DNA from: an uncultured Nitrososphaerales archaeon
GTDB lineage: Archaea > Thermoproteota > Nitrososphaeria > Nitrososphaerales > Nitrososphaeraceae
Direction: 5' to 3'
Assembly (NCBI GenBank): GCA_963695855.1
Contig: CAVOHZ010000008.1
Location: forward strand, 96,001 to 160,000
DNA: 64,000 bases
Made by a program: the position numbers and the translations under genes. Under the pieces are notes generated by a model, which did not search any database, was not told the origin of the DNA, and saw only the letters and a list, made by a program, of their open reading frames with translations. Shown piece by piece: positions 11,512 through 23,479 of the stretch. Position 1 is the first letter of the stretch, and each line of letters opens with the position of its first letter.

Positions 11512-12746
11512 ATGAAAATAACAGAACAAAGTTTAGAAGAATCTAATGCATATTCCTTATTTGTATATGCAATTAGATCACAAGTTACAAGAGATTACTA
11601 TCTTAGAAGATTGAGAATTTTCTTTAATTATATTAATTTAGAACTTGATAAAACAATTGAAGAAAGATGTAACTGTTTTGCAGATAAGGGAACCAATGAT
11701 CCTACTTGGGCATTTAATTCCATCTTAAGATTTTTACAATTCCAAAAAGATCGAGTAGAAAAAGAAGAGATAACAGGAGCGACATTAAGAAATTTCATAA
11801 AAGCAATCAAATTATTTTGCGAAATGTCTGATATTCCCATTCCTTGGAAGAAAATTACAAGAGGACTGCCAAAAATCAGAAGATATGCAGATGATAGAGT
11901 ACCAACGATAGAAGAGATACAACAACTTTGTGAATATCCTGACCGACGAATCAAAGGAATTGTGTATACAATGGCATCTTCAGGAATAAGATTAGGAGCA
12001 TGGGATTATCTACTCTGGAAAGATATTCAACCAATAAACGTCAGGGCAAGATAGTAGCAGCAAAAATTATTGTTTATGCTGGAGACGATAAAGAATATTT
12101 TTCATTTATTACTCCAGAAGCATACTATGAACTCCAAAAATGGATGCAGTATAGGCAAGACAGTGGTGAGGAAATTCATGAAAATAGTTGGGTAATGAGA
12201 CAGTTATGGGATACAAAAAAAGGTTATTATCATCATGGAACTATAAAAAATCCAGAAAAACTCAAATCTTCAGGCCTTAAGCGATTGATGGAAGATGATC
12301 TATGGACGCAAGGTATTAGAAAAAAATCTAACTTAAAAAGAAATAGATATGAATTTGAATCAGACCATGGATTTAGAAAATGGTTTAAAACTAGATGCGA
12401 AATCTCTGGAATGAAAAGCATTAACATAGAGATTTTGATGGGTCATTCAATAGGAATTTCTGATTCCTATTATAAAATAACACAAGATGAACTATTAATG
12501 GAATATTTGAAAGCATCAGATTATTTGATGATAAGCAATGAAAATCAAATACAAAAACAATATAACAAGATACAAATACAAAATCAAAATGACTTTAAAT
12601 TTATAGAAGGCAAATTATTTGAAAAAGAGAACGAAATAGAAGTATTAAATCGTAATGACCAAAATAAATCTGATGCTATTGCAGCATTAGCAGATAAAAT
12701 TGATGAATTGGTATTAGAAATTGAACGATTAAAAAGAAGTCGATAA
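11512..12746 (+). pseudogene. Tyrosine integrase family 1, full length with one frameshift near 12040
   Basis: SSGIRLGAW (R), HGFRK (HxxR), LMGH and DSYY (Y) split over two overlapping ORFs; C-terminal coiled coil. Confidence 0.9.
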
Positions 12747-12802
12747 ATTGCTTGAACTTCCCCCACTCCCCCTATAGCGCACCATAACTTTTTTATGTAA
12801 AT

Positions 12803-13303
12803 ATGGGTAAGGATATATATTTGAGATCAAATAGTGACCATGACTACTCTCATATAAAAAATAGTACCCCCTCTGATATACTCCAAAACTCTAATTTGTC
12901 TGAGGAAAAGCAAATTTTTTCTTCTGATGCTCAAATTATGGAGTATGTAAAATCTAAAGGGATCCAAGCTAGAACTGGCGTAGAGGAAAAAAATTTTGGA
13001 ATATTTATTCTAAAGGAATTAATTGACAATGCATCAGATTTTATTGAAGATCACGTATCAACATTTTTAGAAAAAGATGAAAAGCAGACAATAGAGATAA
13101 TAATAGATCAAATAGACTCAATAACAAAAATTAGAGTTATTAATTCGAATGCAGAAATAGATGTTTTTTCTGAAGATCTCGTTAGGAAAATATTTAATTT
13201 TAACAAATTTTATAGTAGTAAACGAAATAGATATCAAATTAGTAGAGGGGCTCTCGGCGATGCATTAAAAGAAGTTTTATGTGTACCTTATGCATTTAGA
13301 TAA
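12803..13303 (+). pseudogene. GHKL ATPase (TopoVI-B-like), truncated
   Basis: N-box 'LKELIDNA' and 'SRGALGDALK' G-box; protein ends just after. Confidence 0.7.
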
Positions 13304-14421
13304 GAAAGGTAATGACAATGAAGAGCTAATAGTAGAAACGGATAAAATACAAAACCTAAATAGAAACAATGCCTTATTTATAGTAGATTTCAATGGTAAA
13401 ATGCAAGGAAAAGATCCTATAACAGGTAAAATAAAGACACTTAAGGATATTAATGCAATTGCATTATTCAATAAATCTCAACAGACAATAGATTTTAACT
13501 CAGGTAACAGTCTCGCTATATCTGCTGTACTAAAATCCTAATCAAAATCATTGTTGATTCCAACAGCAGAAGCAGCAGAAGCAATAATAAGAAAAAGAAG
13601 TAAATTTTGTAAAGTTTAATTGATGAGATATATATTTATTTGTGTCTGTTGTATTTAGTTAGATAGGTAAGCATGACCTAAACAAAAAACAGATACAAAT
13701 ATATATTACAAATGTGATTTCTCACAAATTACTTTTTCTTATTGCTGCCAGAAAAAAAGAGAATAATAAGTAGAAATAATAACTGTTTAGGTAATGCTTA
13801 CATATACTTCTTCTACTAGCCGCTAAAAGCACACGATGTTCTCAAAGAACGTCTAGTTTTCTAAGGGATATATTCGTGAAGTGCTCCCAATCGAAGCAAA
13901 ACAAATGGCGCATGCTGTTAGACAAAAAAAGAAATTTGAAGAATCAGTTCCTCAAACCCCTAGCGCATTAGAAGAATTTCGACAAAAGAAAGGTAAAACT
14001 AGTCGAACCTGGCGAAGAGGATTCTACTTTTGCAATGGCACCAGAAACAATTGGATTAGTCTACAATGTAGAAGAAATTACAGCAGAACCTCATCGAATC
14101 TATGAAAATCTTAATTGAATAATAAAACAATATAAAGAACAATTTAGGAACGTGTTAATATGAATTTTTTTAATTTTTTAGTCTTTAGTATTTTAATTAG
14201 TAAATGATTTTCTGTTAGATATATTCATACCGATAATTGGACAGAACTAAAATTTCGTATTTGGATTATAGTCTTTGTCGATAGTATATTCATAGTTTTT
14301 ATTTATGAATTTCTGTACATAAATCTTATATATATTGTATAAGCATAACTGTTATGGTTATCCAGTTTGCGAAATCAAGAAAATATGATAAACTTCTAAA
14401 TATTACGATCGTGAGCCACAT

Positions 14422-15435
14422 ATGGCAGTAGCAAATGTAGCAGCAGTAGTAGCAGTAATAAAAGCTATTTATGACCTTAGCAAGGAAATGAGTAAGGATA
14501 CGATAGATGTATTGACAAGTCTTAATTCTAGTCGTTCCGTTGTTTTGATCGTTGCCAATGCTACAGGTTTACCTTTAAGATTAGTCAATACTCATCATGA
14601 CCACGGCAATTTTGCAACAAGTCCTGAAGCCACTATTGAGCCTGGTAAGCCTGGTGTATTTGGTTCTGTCAATAAGGCGAATAGCATTGGCACTGGGACT
14701 GAAGGGAACGCGACTTTTGGTAACGCAAACGGCCTAAATTTTAGAATTTCATGGGATAATCCTTTTATCGGTGGTAATGAGTCTAGCGCAGTTACGTCTG
14801 GAAACGACGGACTTTATAGGGCAATCGCTACAACGGGCGCTGGAGATCAGAAGGCTGAAATGCGCTATACATTACTACAGTATCCCCATCCTATTATAGG
14901 CGCAATAAGAGGGAAATATAGTCAGATAGGATGGGAATCATCTCTATTAGGATTTCCTACTACAGCGGAAAAACCTACGTCCGATAATGTAGGCAGATTT
15001 CAAGCATTTGAAGGAGGCACGATCTATCATCATCCAGATGCTAAGATTGGTGCTCATGTTGTTTGGGGTTTAATAGGTCAGAGATGGCAGGCGTTAGGTG
15101 CAGAAAAATTTGGTTATCCTATTACTGATGAAACAGCTACATCAGACGGAGTCGGTAGATTTAATCATTTTAGAGCGTTTAAAGATGGTAAGACACCTGA
15201 AAGTTCAATTTATTGGGATCCAGAAACAGGCGCTTGGGAAATATTTGGAGCAATAAGAGATAAATGGATTTCAATGGGGTCGGAAAAAGGTATAGGATTT
15301 CCGCTCGATCATGAAATGAAAGTAATACCTGCTCATCCACCACCAGGAACTCAACCTATTCCCCGCAAAATACAAAAATTCCAAAGAGGAAGTTTAATTT
15401 GGAACAGTCAAACTGGTCAAGTATCACAAGAATGA
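14422..15435 (+). CDS. Aegerolysin/Cry34-like domain fused to LGFP repeats
   Basis: 'RSVVLIVAN...HG...GTEG...ISWDNPFIGGN', then 'GAIRGKY..GWESSLLGFPTTAE...GRFQAFEGGTIY' repeats; visibly higher GC. Confidence 0.75.
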   Translation: MAVANVAAVVAVIKAIYDLSKEMSKDTIDVLTSLNSSRSVVLIVANATGLPLRLVNTHHDHGNFATSPEATIEPGKPGVFGSVNKANSIGTGTEGNATFGNANGLNFRISWDNPFIGGNESSAVTSGNDGLYRAIATTGAGDQKAEMRYTLLQYPHPIIGAIRGKYSQIGWESSLLGFPTTAEKPTSDNVGRFQAFEGGTIYHHPDAKIGAHVVWGLIGQRWQALGAEKFGYPITDETATSDGVGRFNHFRAFKDGKTPESSIYWDPETGAWEIFGAIRDKWISMGSEKGIGFPLDHEMKVIPAHPPPGTQPIPRKIQKFQRGSLIWNSQTGQVSQE

Positions 15436-15984
15436 AATCGGGCTAACCCGATGCGGTCGAATCATAGTGAAGTCTTCGAGTTGACTCGCTGTCCAGTTCC
15501 TATTGCACAACATATGAATAAATTTCTCTTTACCTACTCATTCTCCTCAGGATACTTTTCTAATCTTCAATAAATCCGTCCACTTATTCCATTTAATTGT
15601 CTGTCTGTCTGTCTGTCTTATTATGTGCTTCTATCTTGCTTTGTTTTTCTTATAAAAATGATATATATTTTTAGGGGTTATTTTTTCATTGGCTTTTGTT
15701 CCTAGACCCATCTATAATTTTACTTTTTTGTCACTAAAGATAAACCTACAGTCAATTTTTTTCTCCAGTAAACTCCTGGTTTATTATTATTAAAAGAAGA
15801 GAATATTAAAAGCAGATTCAAAAAGATAGAACTGTATTCGACGTTTTTAAATTCACACTAGTTAAAAAAACAAGCGCAGATTAAGAAACAAAGATAGAAT
15901 TACAGGATAAACCAAAGTAAGAGAAAATTTTTTCTCTTCTGAAAATTTTATTGCTAAATAACTAATATAATAAATCTAATAATT

Positions 15985-16002
15985 TTTTTCGGCGCCGAAA
16001 AA
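15985..16002. repeat. Palindrome TTTTTCGGCGCCGAAAAA (copy 1)
   Basis: Same palindrome at 32579-32602. Confidence 0.8.
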
Positions 16003-16371
16003 TATTATAGATAATAATGTCCCTTTTTTATTCATTGAATATGCTACAGGAAATTCTTTTTAGTGAGCCGTTTTTTACTAATATTCATGAGATAGGTCAA
16101 AAAAATTGATGGGCCGAGGAGATATGGGCCTCTTTATGTGACAGAGTTTTTTGCCCTCGGAAAATCTAGATTTCTTTTATACTAATTCACAAGGGGAGGT
16201 ATTGCATTTTATAAGGTTACCTTTATAGTTCAAGTTACTATCTTTTTTGTTTTATAAATAAATAGTAAAATAATTATGAAAATCTAAGTTAGTCAGATAA
16301 TCAGTTTAAGTATATAACAACAATAACAACAATTTATTTTAATAGCAGTATTCATATAATAGTTTTTAATA

Positions 16372-17223
16372 ATGCATCGTTCTTTAGATTCTAGAGAATT
16401 TAAGTTAATATTAAAGCCAGAAATATTTCGAAACTTAAATGAAGGTGTTAAAAAGATCCAAAAAATAATTGACTCAAAAGTTGATAACTTAAATGGCAAA
16501 TTTAAACCTGATATTGATATAAAACCAAAATATAGAAGAACATATTACTTGGATACAGTCAATTACAAATTAAGATCCAAAAATTTCTTTTTGAGAGTAA
16601 GAGAAGATAAAGAATCAAAAAAATATACTATTACATTAAAATGCAGACATCCTGACAGGTACATATCAGCAGCATATGATCTTTCAGGTCCGAATCATAA
16701 AATTAAATTCGAAGAAGATATAATTGCTCCACATGTAAGTAAATTTTCTATTTCAGCTGAGTTTAATGATGATGAAGAACCAGAAATCAACAATCTGGAA
16801 GACCTGATAAAAATCTTTCCAGGATTACGTAAATATGATCTTGGTGAAGGAAGACTGGAGAAGGTAAATAAATTTGAGGCTAAAGAAATTTCAGTTGAGC
16901 TTGGAAAGATTTCATATAGCGATAAGAATGGGGAAGGTTATGATAATGAAATTAAAACATTTCTAAATTTCTGGTATTTACCAAAACCAAAGAAGGAAAA
17001 GATGCCATTAATTGTGGAATTTACTTATGATTATTCTGCAATAAATAAAAAGGAGGAAGAAGAAAAAAATAAAAGCAATAAAGTGAAAATATCAATTGAG
17101 GAATTTCCTTTATTTGTTGTAAGAAATACATACGAATTGTACAGTTCATTACAGGACACAAAAGTAGTAGATCTGAAATCTTCAAAAACAAAAACAGAAT
17201 TTGCATATCAATACAAATTATAG
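16372..17223 (+). CDS. CYTH/VTC-like superfamily protein
   Basis: ExK motif 'SREFKL', 'YYLDT', 'FLRVR', 'ITLKCR'. Confidence 0.65.
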   Translation: MHRSLDSREFKLILKPEIFRNLNEGVKKIQKIIDSKVDNLNGKFKPDIDIKPKYRRTYYLDTVNYKLRSKNFFLRVREDKESKKYTITLKCRHPDRYISAAYDLSGPNHKIKFEEDIIAPHVSKFSISAEFNDDEEPEINNLEDLIKIFPGLRKYDLGEGRLEKVNKFEAKEISVELGKISYSDKNGEGYDNEIKTFLNFWYLPKPKKEKMPLIVEFTYDYSAINKKEEEEKNKSNKVKISIEEFPLFVVRNTYELYSSLQDTKVVDLKSSKTKTEFAYQYKL

Positions 17224-17405
17224 ACGATTTTCGTCTCTGTTACTCTAAGAAAAGTTTATCTCCCTCTTTCAATCCATTAATAAAATAATTTTTTGAAATG
17301 AAAATTTTTGAAATGGCTTCATATGTCATTATTAGTTGATTTTCTGTTCAATGAGTGTCACTTCACTAATATTTCTCTGATACATCTTTAGTTTGCAGGA
17401 AAATT

Positions 17406-17515
17406 ACTGATCTCACTTTATAGAAGGGTTCAATCCATAGAATTATCATGGGACCAAAATTCATGTCAAATTTGTTTCACATCCCACCGGCTCCATATAG
17501 TATAAGGGGACAGTT
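17406..17515 (+). repeat. Double att-like site 6 (B arm, short linker, A arm+core, R2 arm)
   Basis: actgatctcactttatagaagggttcaatccatagaattatcatgggacc...tttcacatcccaccggctccatatagtataaggggacagtt. Confidence 0.9.
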
Positions 17516-17562
17516 AAAATATAAGAATATTATGTAAGAGAATAAAACAAGATACGTATTAC

Positions 17563-17676
17563 GGCCCTGTTAACTTAAGGATAAAGTAATGTGTATATTC
17601 TACTTTTATATTATGTTCTATGCTCAATTTCAAAAGAATTTTTCAATTTATTTCATAAATTTTCCTTAACTTAACA
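17563..17676. mobile_element. IS6-like MITE (copy 1, right end eroded)
   Basis: ggccctgttaacttaagg ... ccttaacttaaca; homologous to 38257-38377. Confidence 0.7.
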
Positions 17677-18009
17677 TCTATGAAAATCTCTATCTGTATC
17701 AGGTCATCCTTATGTTCCTGTTAAGCGTAATATTCTATTATAATTCATCATATTAAAAATTATCTAAAATAGCATATGCTATACTTGTTACTTTCCCTTG
17801 ATTTTGCTTTTTTTCATTCTTTTTTTATTTTATTTTCTTTTTTTTATGTCGGCTAACAGGCGGCAAACATCTATTCACCTTCTTTATGAGGTAGTAGTAT
17901 AGCCGCTCGGATATTGGTTCAGTCAGAGCCTCACTCTCGTACGGAGTATGTTAACTTTGAACCTAGCCTGAATACAGAAGGGATTGGTACCCAATAAAGA
18001 TTTTCATAT

Positions 18010-18285
18010 AGTCAGAGCCATTTTTAGCATAGGAGAATAGTCTATCTTTGTAAACAGACCTTCTATTCCATTATTATCATTGAATTTATGAATCCACTTC
18101 CTAATTGTTTTGTCGTAAGTGTTGGTCATCTCTCTTATCTCTGGTACTGTGTACCCGTCATTAGCAAGTATAATTTTTATTCTATATTTTATTTCTGGAT
18201 TTGTATCCCATGCAAAAGAGTATACAGTTTGTTTATCTCTTTATCTGTAATTTCTCTGATGGGAGTTATCTTACCACACCACTGA
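18010..18285 (-). pseudogene. IS630-like transposase HTH fragment
   Basis: Manual translation RIKIILANDGYTVPEIREMTNTYDKTIRKWIHKFND..GIEGLF, with stops. Confidence 0.6.
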
Positions 18286-18408
18286 GTAAAATACACTCAG
18301 CTAAAGTACTACCTATCAGAAATAATTTGTCAAAAAGGTAAATGGTAGTTTACTATAATTGTCAATCTATGCATTTACATAACTCTTAACTTAACGTAGC
18401 CATTAAGA

Positions 18409-19491
18409 CTATTTGGTTAATTCAAAGTGATCTATTATTTTATCATTATCATTTGAGTGAAATTCTCCTACTATTTTTGTACCATTATTTTCCAATTCTA
18501 AATTAAGAAATCCAAAATCGTCTTCGTCCTGTATTACATAATAATCTTCTCTATCCACAATCTCTTTTAGTTTATCTCCTGCAGTACCGACAGTTAGAAA
18601 TATGATACCATTCGGATTATGATAATAGTTAGGGTTAGGATAATCTTGAGATATAGAATTATTTTCTAGAGTTCTAGTATAGATATATTCTAGGTCAGTT
18701 TCCTCATCATATATTGTTACAATTTTAACTTTATTTGGTTTATAAGTTACATAGTCATTAGTTAGTGGATATGTCCTTTCATAATATTGGTTATGACTTG
18801 AAATTACCAAATCTACATTATATTTTTCAAAGAGAGGATGATAGGTATCTCTAAGTTCTTGTGCAATATCCAGATCATTTCTAGTAGAATATAATGGTTT
18901 ATGACTATGAACTATTATCCAATCAATAGTTTGGTTCTTGGATGTTTTTTCTAGATCATTTTTGATAAATTCGTATTGCTTACTTCCTTCTTCAAAAGGA
19001 TGTTCGGTAGACAAACTTATGAAATGAATATTTCGAAAGTCATGTGAATAATATGGATTTGTTAAATTATGGTATTTAACAAGTTGTGTATATATTTTTT
19101 TAAATTCAACATCATGGTTTCCTATAGCAATTTCCATCTTGTTCTTTATAGGCTCTGACATTTCAGCCCAGCATTTGATAGATTGTACATCTTTCACATG
19201 ATCTCCAGTAGTAATTATCAGTTCAGGATTAATAGAAATTATATTTTCAATAGTATTTTGTGTTTCATCATTACAGTAAAAATCGCCAACAGCAACTATA
19301 TTGATATCATTGTTTTGATCATCGTTTATTGTTAATTGAGAAAAATCGGATTGTTGGCCATACACTATTACATTATTCATATAAAAAGAAAAAAATAATA
19401 ATAAAAAAGATATTACTGCAATTTTTATATTATTATTAAAGATTCTAATTTGAGAATAAAAAAAACTATTATTATTACCATTGTGTGGCAT
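18409..19491 (-). CDS. Metallophosphoesterase (purple acid phosphatase-like), exported
   Basis: VGD, TGD, GNHD, HKPLY and SHNQYYERT motifs. Confidence 0.9.
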   Translation of the reverse strand: MPHNGNNNSFFYSQIRIFNNNIKIAVISFLLLFFSFYMNNVIVYGQQSDFSQLTINDDQNNDINIVAVGDFYCNDETQNTIENIISINPELIITTGDHVKDVQSIKCWAEMSEPIKNKMEIAIGNHDVEFKKIYTQLVKYHNLTNPYYSHDFRNIHFISLSTEHPFEEGSKQYEFIKNDLEKTSKNQTIDWIIVHSHKPLYSTRNDLDIAQELRDTYHPLFEKYNVDLVISSHNQYYERTYPLTNDYVTYKPNKVKIVTIYDEETDLEYIYTRTLENNSISQDYPNPNYYHNPNGIIFLTVGTAGDKLKEIVDREDYYVIQDEDDFGFLNLELENNGTKIVGEFHSNDNDKIIDHFELTK

Positions 19492-20120
19492 ATCAATTAA
19501 TGATTTTATCCTTAGTCTTCGAATTTAATAGTTTTATGACATCATTCTGTAATGAGATAATATTAAATAATTCGATATTGTTAAATGAAAAATATTTCTG
19601 GAATCAAAATATTATGGATAATCATGAAACTGGAATCTTTTGCAATATACCTGTAAATTGTACTTTTTTACACCCATCAACTTCCTTATTCATCTCTTAT
19701 ACATATTGTTGCTGCATTGATTATATACTGGCTAACTTAATTGCGTGTATTCTGTGATATTGGAAAATATCAATTTCAAGTGTAATAAACATTTTTTATC
19801 CAAAGAATTTGTAAATGAATTTTTGTTAGTCAGTATAGTAATGGGTTTTCTGTTACTCGATGGAGCATTATCTCTATTGACTAACACCTTGATAGGCACT
19901 TTTGCCATGTTTGGATAAGTATCCATTTATTATCTTATAAAGATCGTTCTCTAAATTCCTCAACTATTTGGAAAGATTCGATTTTGTATAATTAATGCCT
20001 TGGTTATTTTTATATTTGTATTTAGAAGAATCTAATCGTATGTATTATCGCATGTAGTAGTATTATTAGTCCTAGTAATTTCTATGTTTAATAATTTTAG
20101 AAATGTATGATGATTAAATT

Positions 20121-20231
20121 ACTGGTCCCACTTTATAGAAGGGTTCAAATCCATAGAACTATCATGGGGCCGAAATTCATGTCAAATTTGTTTCAAATCC
20201 CACTGGCCCCATATAGTATAAGGGGACTGTT
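20121..20231 (+). repeat. Double att-like site 7 (B arm, short linker, A arm+core, R2 arm)
   Basis: actggtcccactttatagaagggttcaaatccatagaactatcatggggccgaaattcatgtcaaatttgtttcaaatcccactggccccatatagtataaggggactgtt. Confidence 0.92.
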
Positions 20232-20912
20232 GAAGTATAAGAATATTATGTAAAACAATAGATCAAGAAATGTATTCCTTTATTTTTATTTTACATTTAA
20301 ATAGACATACTTGTATGGTAGTCGAGTCCCACTCCCGGCGCTCAACTCGTGGGTTGTTTAAGAACACCATTTTATTGCCTAAAATCTGCAATGTTGAATA
20401 CAAGAAGAATAAGAGTTTTCGGTACCCGTATTTTTCATGTCTGATGCTTGTCCCCAGAGATATTATGGTGCAAGTGGCAGGTTATTTATCTAATGTAATA
20501 ACTAAAATATGTAAAACTACCGAAAGCAGGAAGGATCTTGAAAACAAGCAAGAATATATGACTACATATCAAGGAATGAATTCCCTAGAAAGTTAAAACC
20601 TATTAGCGGAAGATAAATAGATTAATAAGTTGACCAGATAATGTAGATATTATAAACATAGATATAAAAATTAAGATTGATAGAATGAGAAAAATAAGTT
20701 CAAGCACTGTAATAGTTCTGATATCAGACCTTAATTCTTTATACTCTTCTAATAAAGCTCGTGTTTTGATATTATCTTGACTATGAAATTCGTTCAACCA
20801 ACAGAATTAACATCTAGTATGTAAATATACATATCTTTGAACAATATTTTAAAATTTATCATACTATTAGTCATATGTATAAAATATTATATCCATTTAC
20901 AAGTAATTATAA

Positions 20913-22559
20913 TTGATAAATAAAAATAAATTTCTGTGGGGTGCATCAACTTCTTCTTATCAAGTAGAAGGAGCAATAACAAAAAATGATTGGCATATCT
21001 TTACAACCTCTGAAAAAATAAAGAAAAGAATATCAAATTTAACTAAACCCAATTTATTCTATAACGGAACTAATCAGGTTTTTTTACAACCAGCCGGTGA
21101 TGCGTGTCGAGTATGGGATCCGCTTTATTATAAAGAGGATTTTGATATAGCCAAAAAACTAGGAATGAATGCTATTAAATTAAGCATAGAATGGTCGAGA
21201 GTAGAACCTGAAAGAGATGAGTGGAATGAAAATGCAATTGATCATTACAAGACAATGTTAAAATATATAGTAGAAAAAGGCCTAAGACCTGTTGTAACAT
21301 TAAATCATATAACTTTGCCAATATGGATACTAACACCACCAACAGAATTTAAAAAGAGAATATTTCAATTCTTTTTGCCATCACCTTATTCAGATATTCC
21401 TTTATCAGAACCTCCTTCTTCTGATCCATATTGGAGATCTTTTAGGGGATGGGAAAATGATAAAACTATTGAAGAATTCACTAAATATGTATCAAGAATA
21501 GTTCAAGAATTCAAAAATTTAGTTGATTATTGGATAACACTATCTGAACCTATTTCTTTAATAGGTGGAGGTTATATATCTGGAATTTGGTCTCCAGGCT
21601 TTTTTCTAGATGGAAATCGAAGTAAAAAAGTATTACATAACCTTATAGAAGCACATATACAAGCCTATAATATAATAAAAGAATTTGATGATGTTGATGC
21701 AGATAATGATGGAAACACAAGTATTGTAGGATGTTCACATATGATGATTAATGTATGTCCTGCTACATCAAAAAAATCTTTAGGAATAACTATTAAAGAT
21801 AACGAGAATAATATTAATGCAGCCAAGAAATTCGACTATTTCGTTAATGATTATTTTCTAAATGCAATAATAAAAGGAGAAGAAGATGTAAACTACTTAA
21901 ATAGCTTAGAAATAGGAAACAAATATAGCAAAAATTTTTTAATTCATAAAAATTGGATTAATAAATTAGATTTTATAGGTTTAAACTATTATCGCAAAAT
22001 GGTTGTTTATGAGAATAAAATAGTTTCTTTATCTTCAGCAAAATTCGTAGGAGGAGCTGTTATAACTAATCTTCATACTCAACGTAAAAGAAGAATAGAT
22101 GATAATACTATTTTAAATGATTTAGGATGGGAAATTTATCCTATTGGACTTTACAATATGAGTAAAAAAATTAATAATAAATGCGCAAATATTCCAATTA
22201 TTATAACTGAAAATGGTATAGCAGATAAAAATGATAAAAATCGTGGTCCGTTTATTATAGCACATCTTGAACAAGTAAGAAGAGCAATTAATGATGGAAT
22301 AAATATTATTGGTTACCTACATTGGTCTTTATTAGATAACTATGAATGGCAGGAAGGTTACAGGGAAGAAGGCAAATTTGGTTTATTATATATTGACCAT
22401 GAAAATTCTGATTTTAAAAGATCGATAACAAAGGGAGCAAACATATACAGCTTTATTATAAAAAAATCTATAAATGCTAATGAAAAAATTAATAGTTCTG
22501 CAATAATAGAGGCTAAGAAAACTTTTGGAGTATTTACAGAAGAAGGGACATTAATGTAA
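20913..22559 (+). CDS. Glycoside hydrolase family 1 (beta-glycosidase)
   Basis: FLWGASTSSYQVEG, SIEWSRVEP, TLSEP acid/base, ITENG nucleophile, WSLLDNYEW. Confidence 0.93.
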   Translation: MINKNKFLWGASTSSYQVEGAITKNDWHIFTTSEKIKKRISNLTKPNLFYNGTNQVFLQPAGDACRVWDPLYYKEDFDIAKKLGMNAIKLSIEWSRVEPERDEWNENAIDHYKTMLKYIVEKGLRPVVTLNHITLPIWILTPPTEFKKRIFQFFLPSPYSDIPLSEPPSSDPYWRSFRGWENDKTIEEFTKYVSRIVQEFKNLVDYWITLSEPISLIGGGYISGIWSPGFFLDGNRSKKVLHNLIEAHIQAYNIIKEFDDVDADNDGNTSIVGCSHMMINVCPATSKKSLGITIKDNENNINAAKKFDYFVNDYFLNAIIKGEEDVNYLNSLEIGNKYSKNFLIHKNWINKLDFIGLNYYRKMVVYENKIVSLSSAKFVGGAVITNLHTQRKRRIDDNTILNDLGWEIYPIGLYNMSKKINNKCANIPIIITENGIADKNDKNRGPFIIAHLEQVRRAINDGINIIGYLHWSLLDNYEWQEGYREEGKFGLLYIDHENSDFKRSITKGANIYSFIIKKSINANEKINSSAIIEAKKTFGVFTEEGTLM

Positions 22560-23257
22560 CTTAAATGGATTAAAATTTAAAAAATAACAAATCACTTAGT
22601 AATGTAAATTTTTGGGAAAAATTAAGTTCAAAAACCGTTTAAATGTATTATTTTATAAAACTTTTTAAATTTCGTCTATTTTCTTTTGTAAGAATTTTAG
22701 GGTTACATAAAATGTTTATGAATTATGCATTAGGCCTCTAACATAATATAAGAAGTTATAACATTCGCAATTTTACTACAAATACGGAGTTTTGTTGTGT
22801 GGTCATTTTGCCTAGTCGTAAATTTATTTATTATTATGATAGATATAATATTAATGGATTTAGAAAAAATAAAGATATCTTGTCTAATGTATAGTAGTTG
22901 ATTGATTCAAAGATACTTTATAGCACTATAATTATCCTCTGTGGTTCACCTGATGCTGTTGGACTTGCATAAGCTATATTACATTCAAAAGATTGACTAA
23001 CCGTATCAACTCCTAATTGAATGAGACAACCATAAACTACAGAACCTGTTTTCACCAGATTATCCATGGCTATGGGAACATCTACCATTTTGAGGAGAAA
23101 ATGAATCTTCTTGACCTGGTTGAATAACAGCCTTAGATCAACTTTTTTCATTTGAATTTCTTTGTCGGTACTTATCAGATCAACTCTTATTTTTAACAGA
23201 AAGAATACAAGAAATAGAAAGAAAACAATCAAAATAATATGTAAATTTATCTATTAA

Positions 23258-23301
23258 AAGGGTTCTCTGGGATTTGAACCCTTCTATAAAGTGGGAACAG
23301 T
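23258..23301 (-). repeat. att-like site 8 (B arm+core, inverted)
   Basis: Reverse complement reads actgttcccactttatagaagggttcaaatcccagagaaccctt. Confidence 0.88.
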
Positions 23302-23479
23302 ACTTTGTGATTTGAATATATATGCACTATATTCGATTAACATTATTAGACTGAAACCGAATTGGCAGTATAATGACCTATTTTCCAGAACCAATTCGTA
23401 ATCTCTCCTTAAAAGGTCTTTTATCGATAAATCTTATCATATCATATTTGGGTTTGATGTATGGCTAGAAGAGTTCAGG

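Noticed and set aside
12030-12054. Programmed frameshift in the integrase
   Set aside because: No clear slippery heptamer or downstream structure. A 1-bp deletion (decay or assembly error) is simpler, as with the ADH indel near 2095.
15599-15618. (GTCT)5 microsatellite as a phase-variation switch
   Set aside because: Short, intergenic and downstream of the gene, with no evident promoter or ORF affected.
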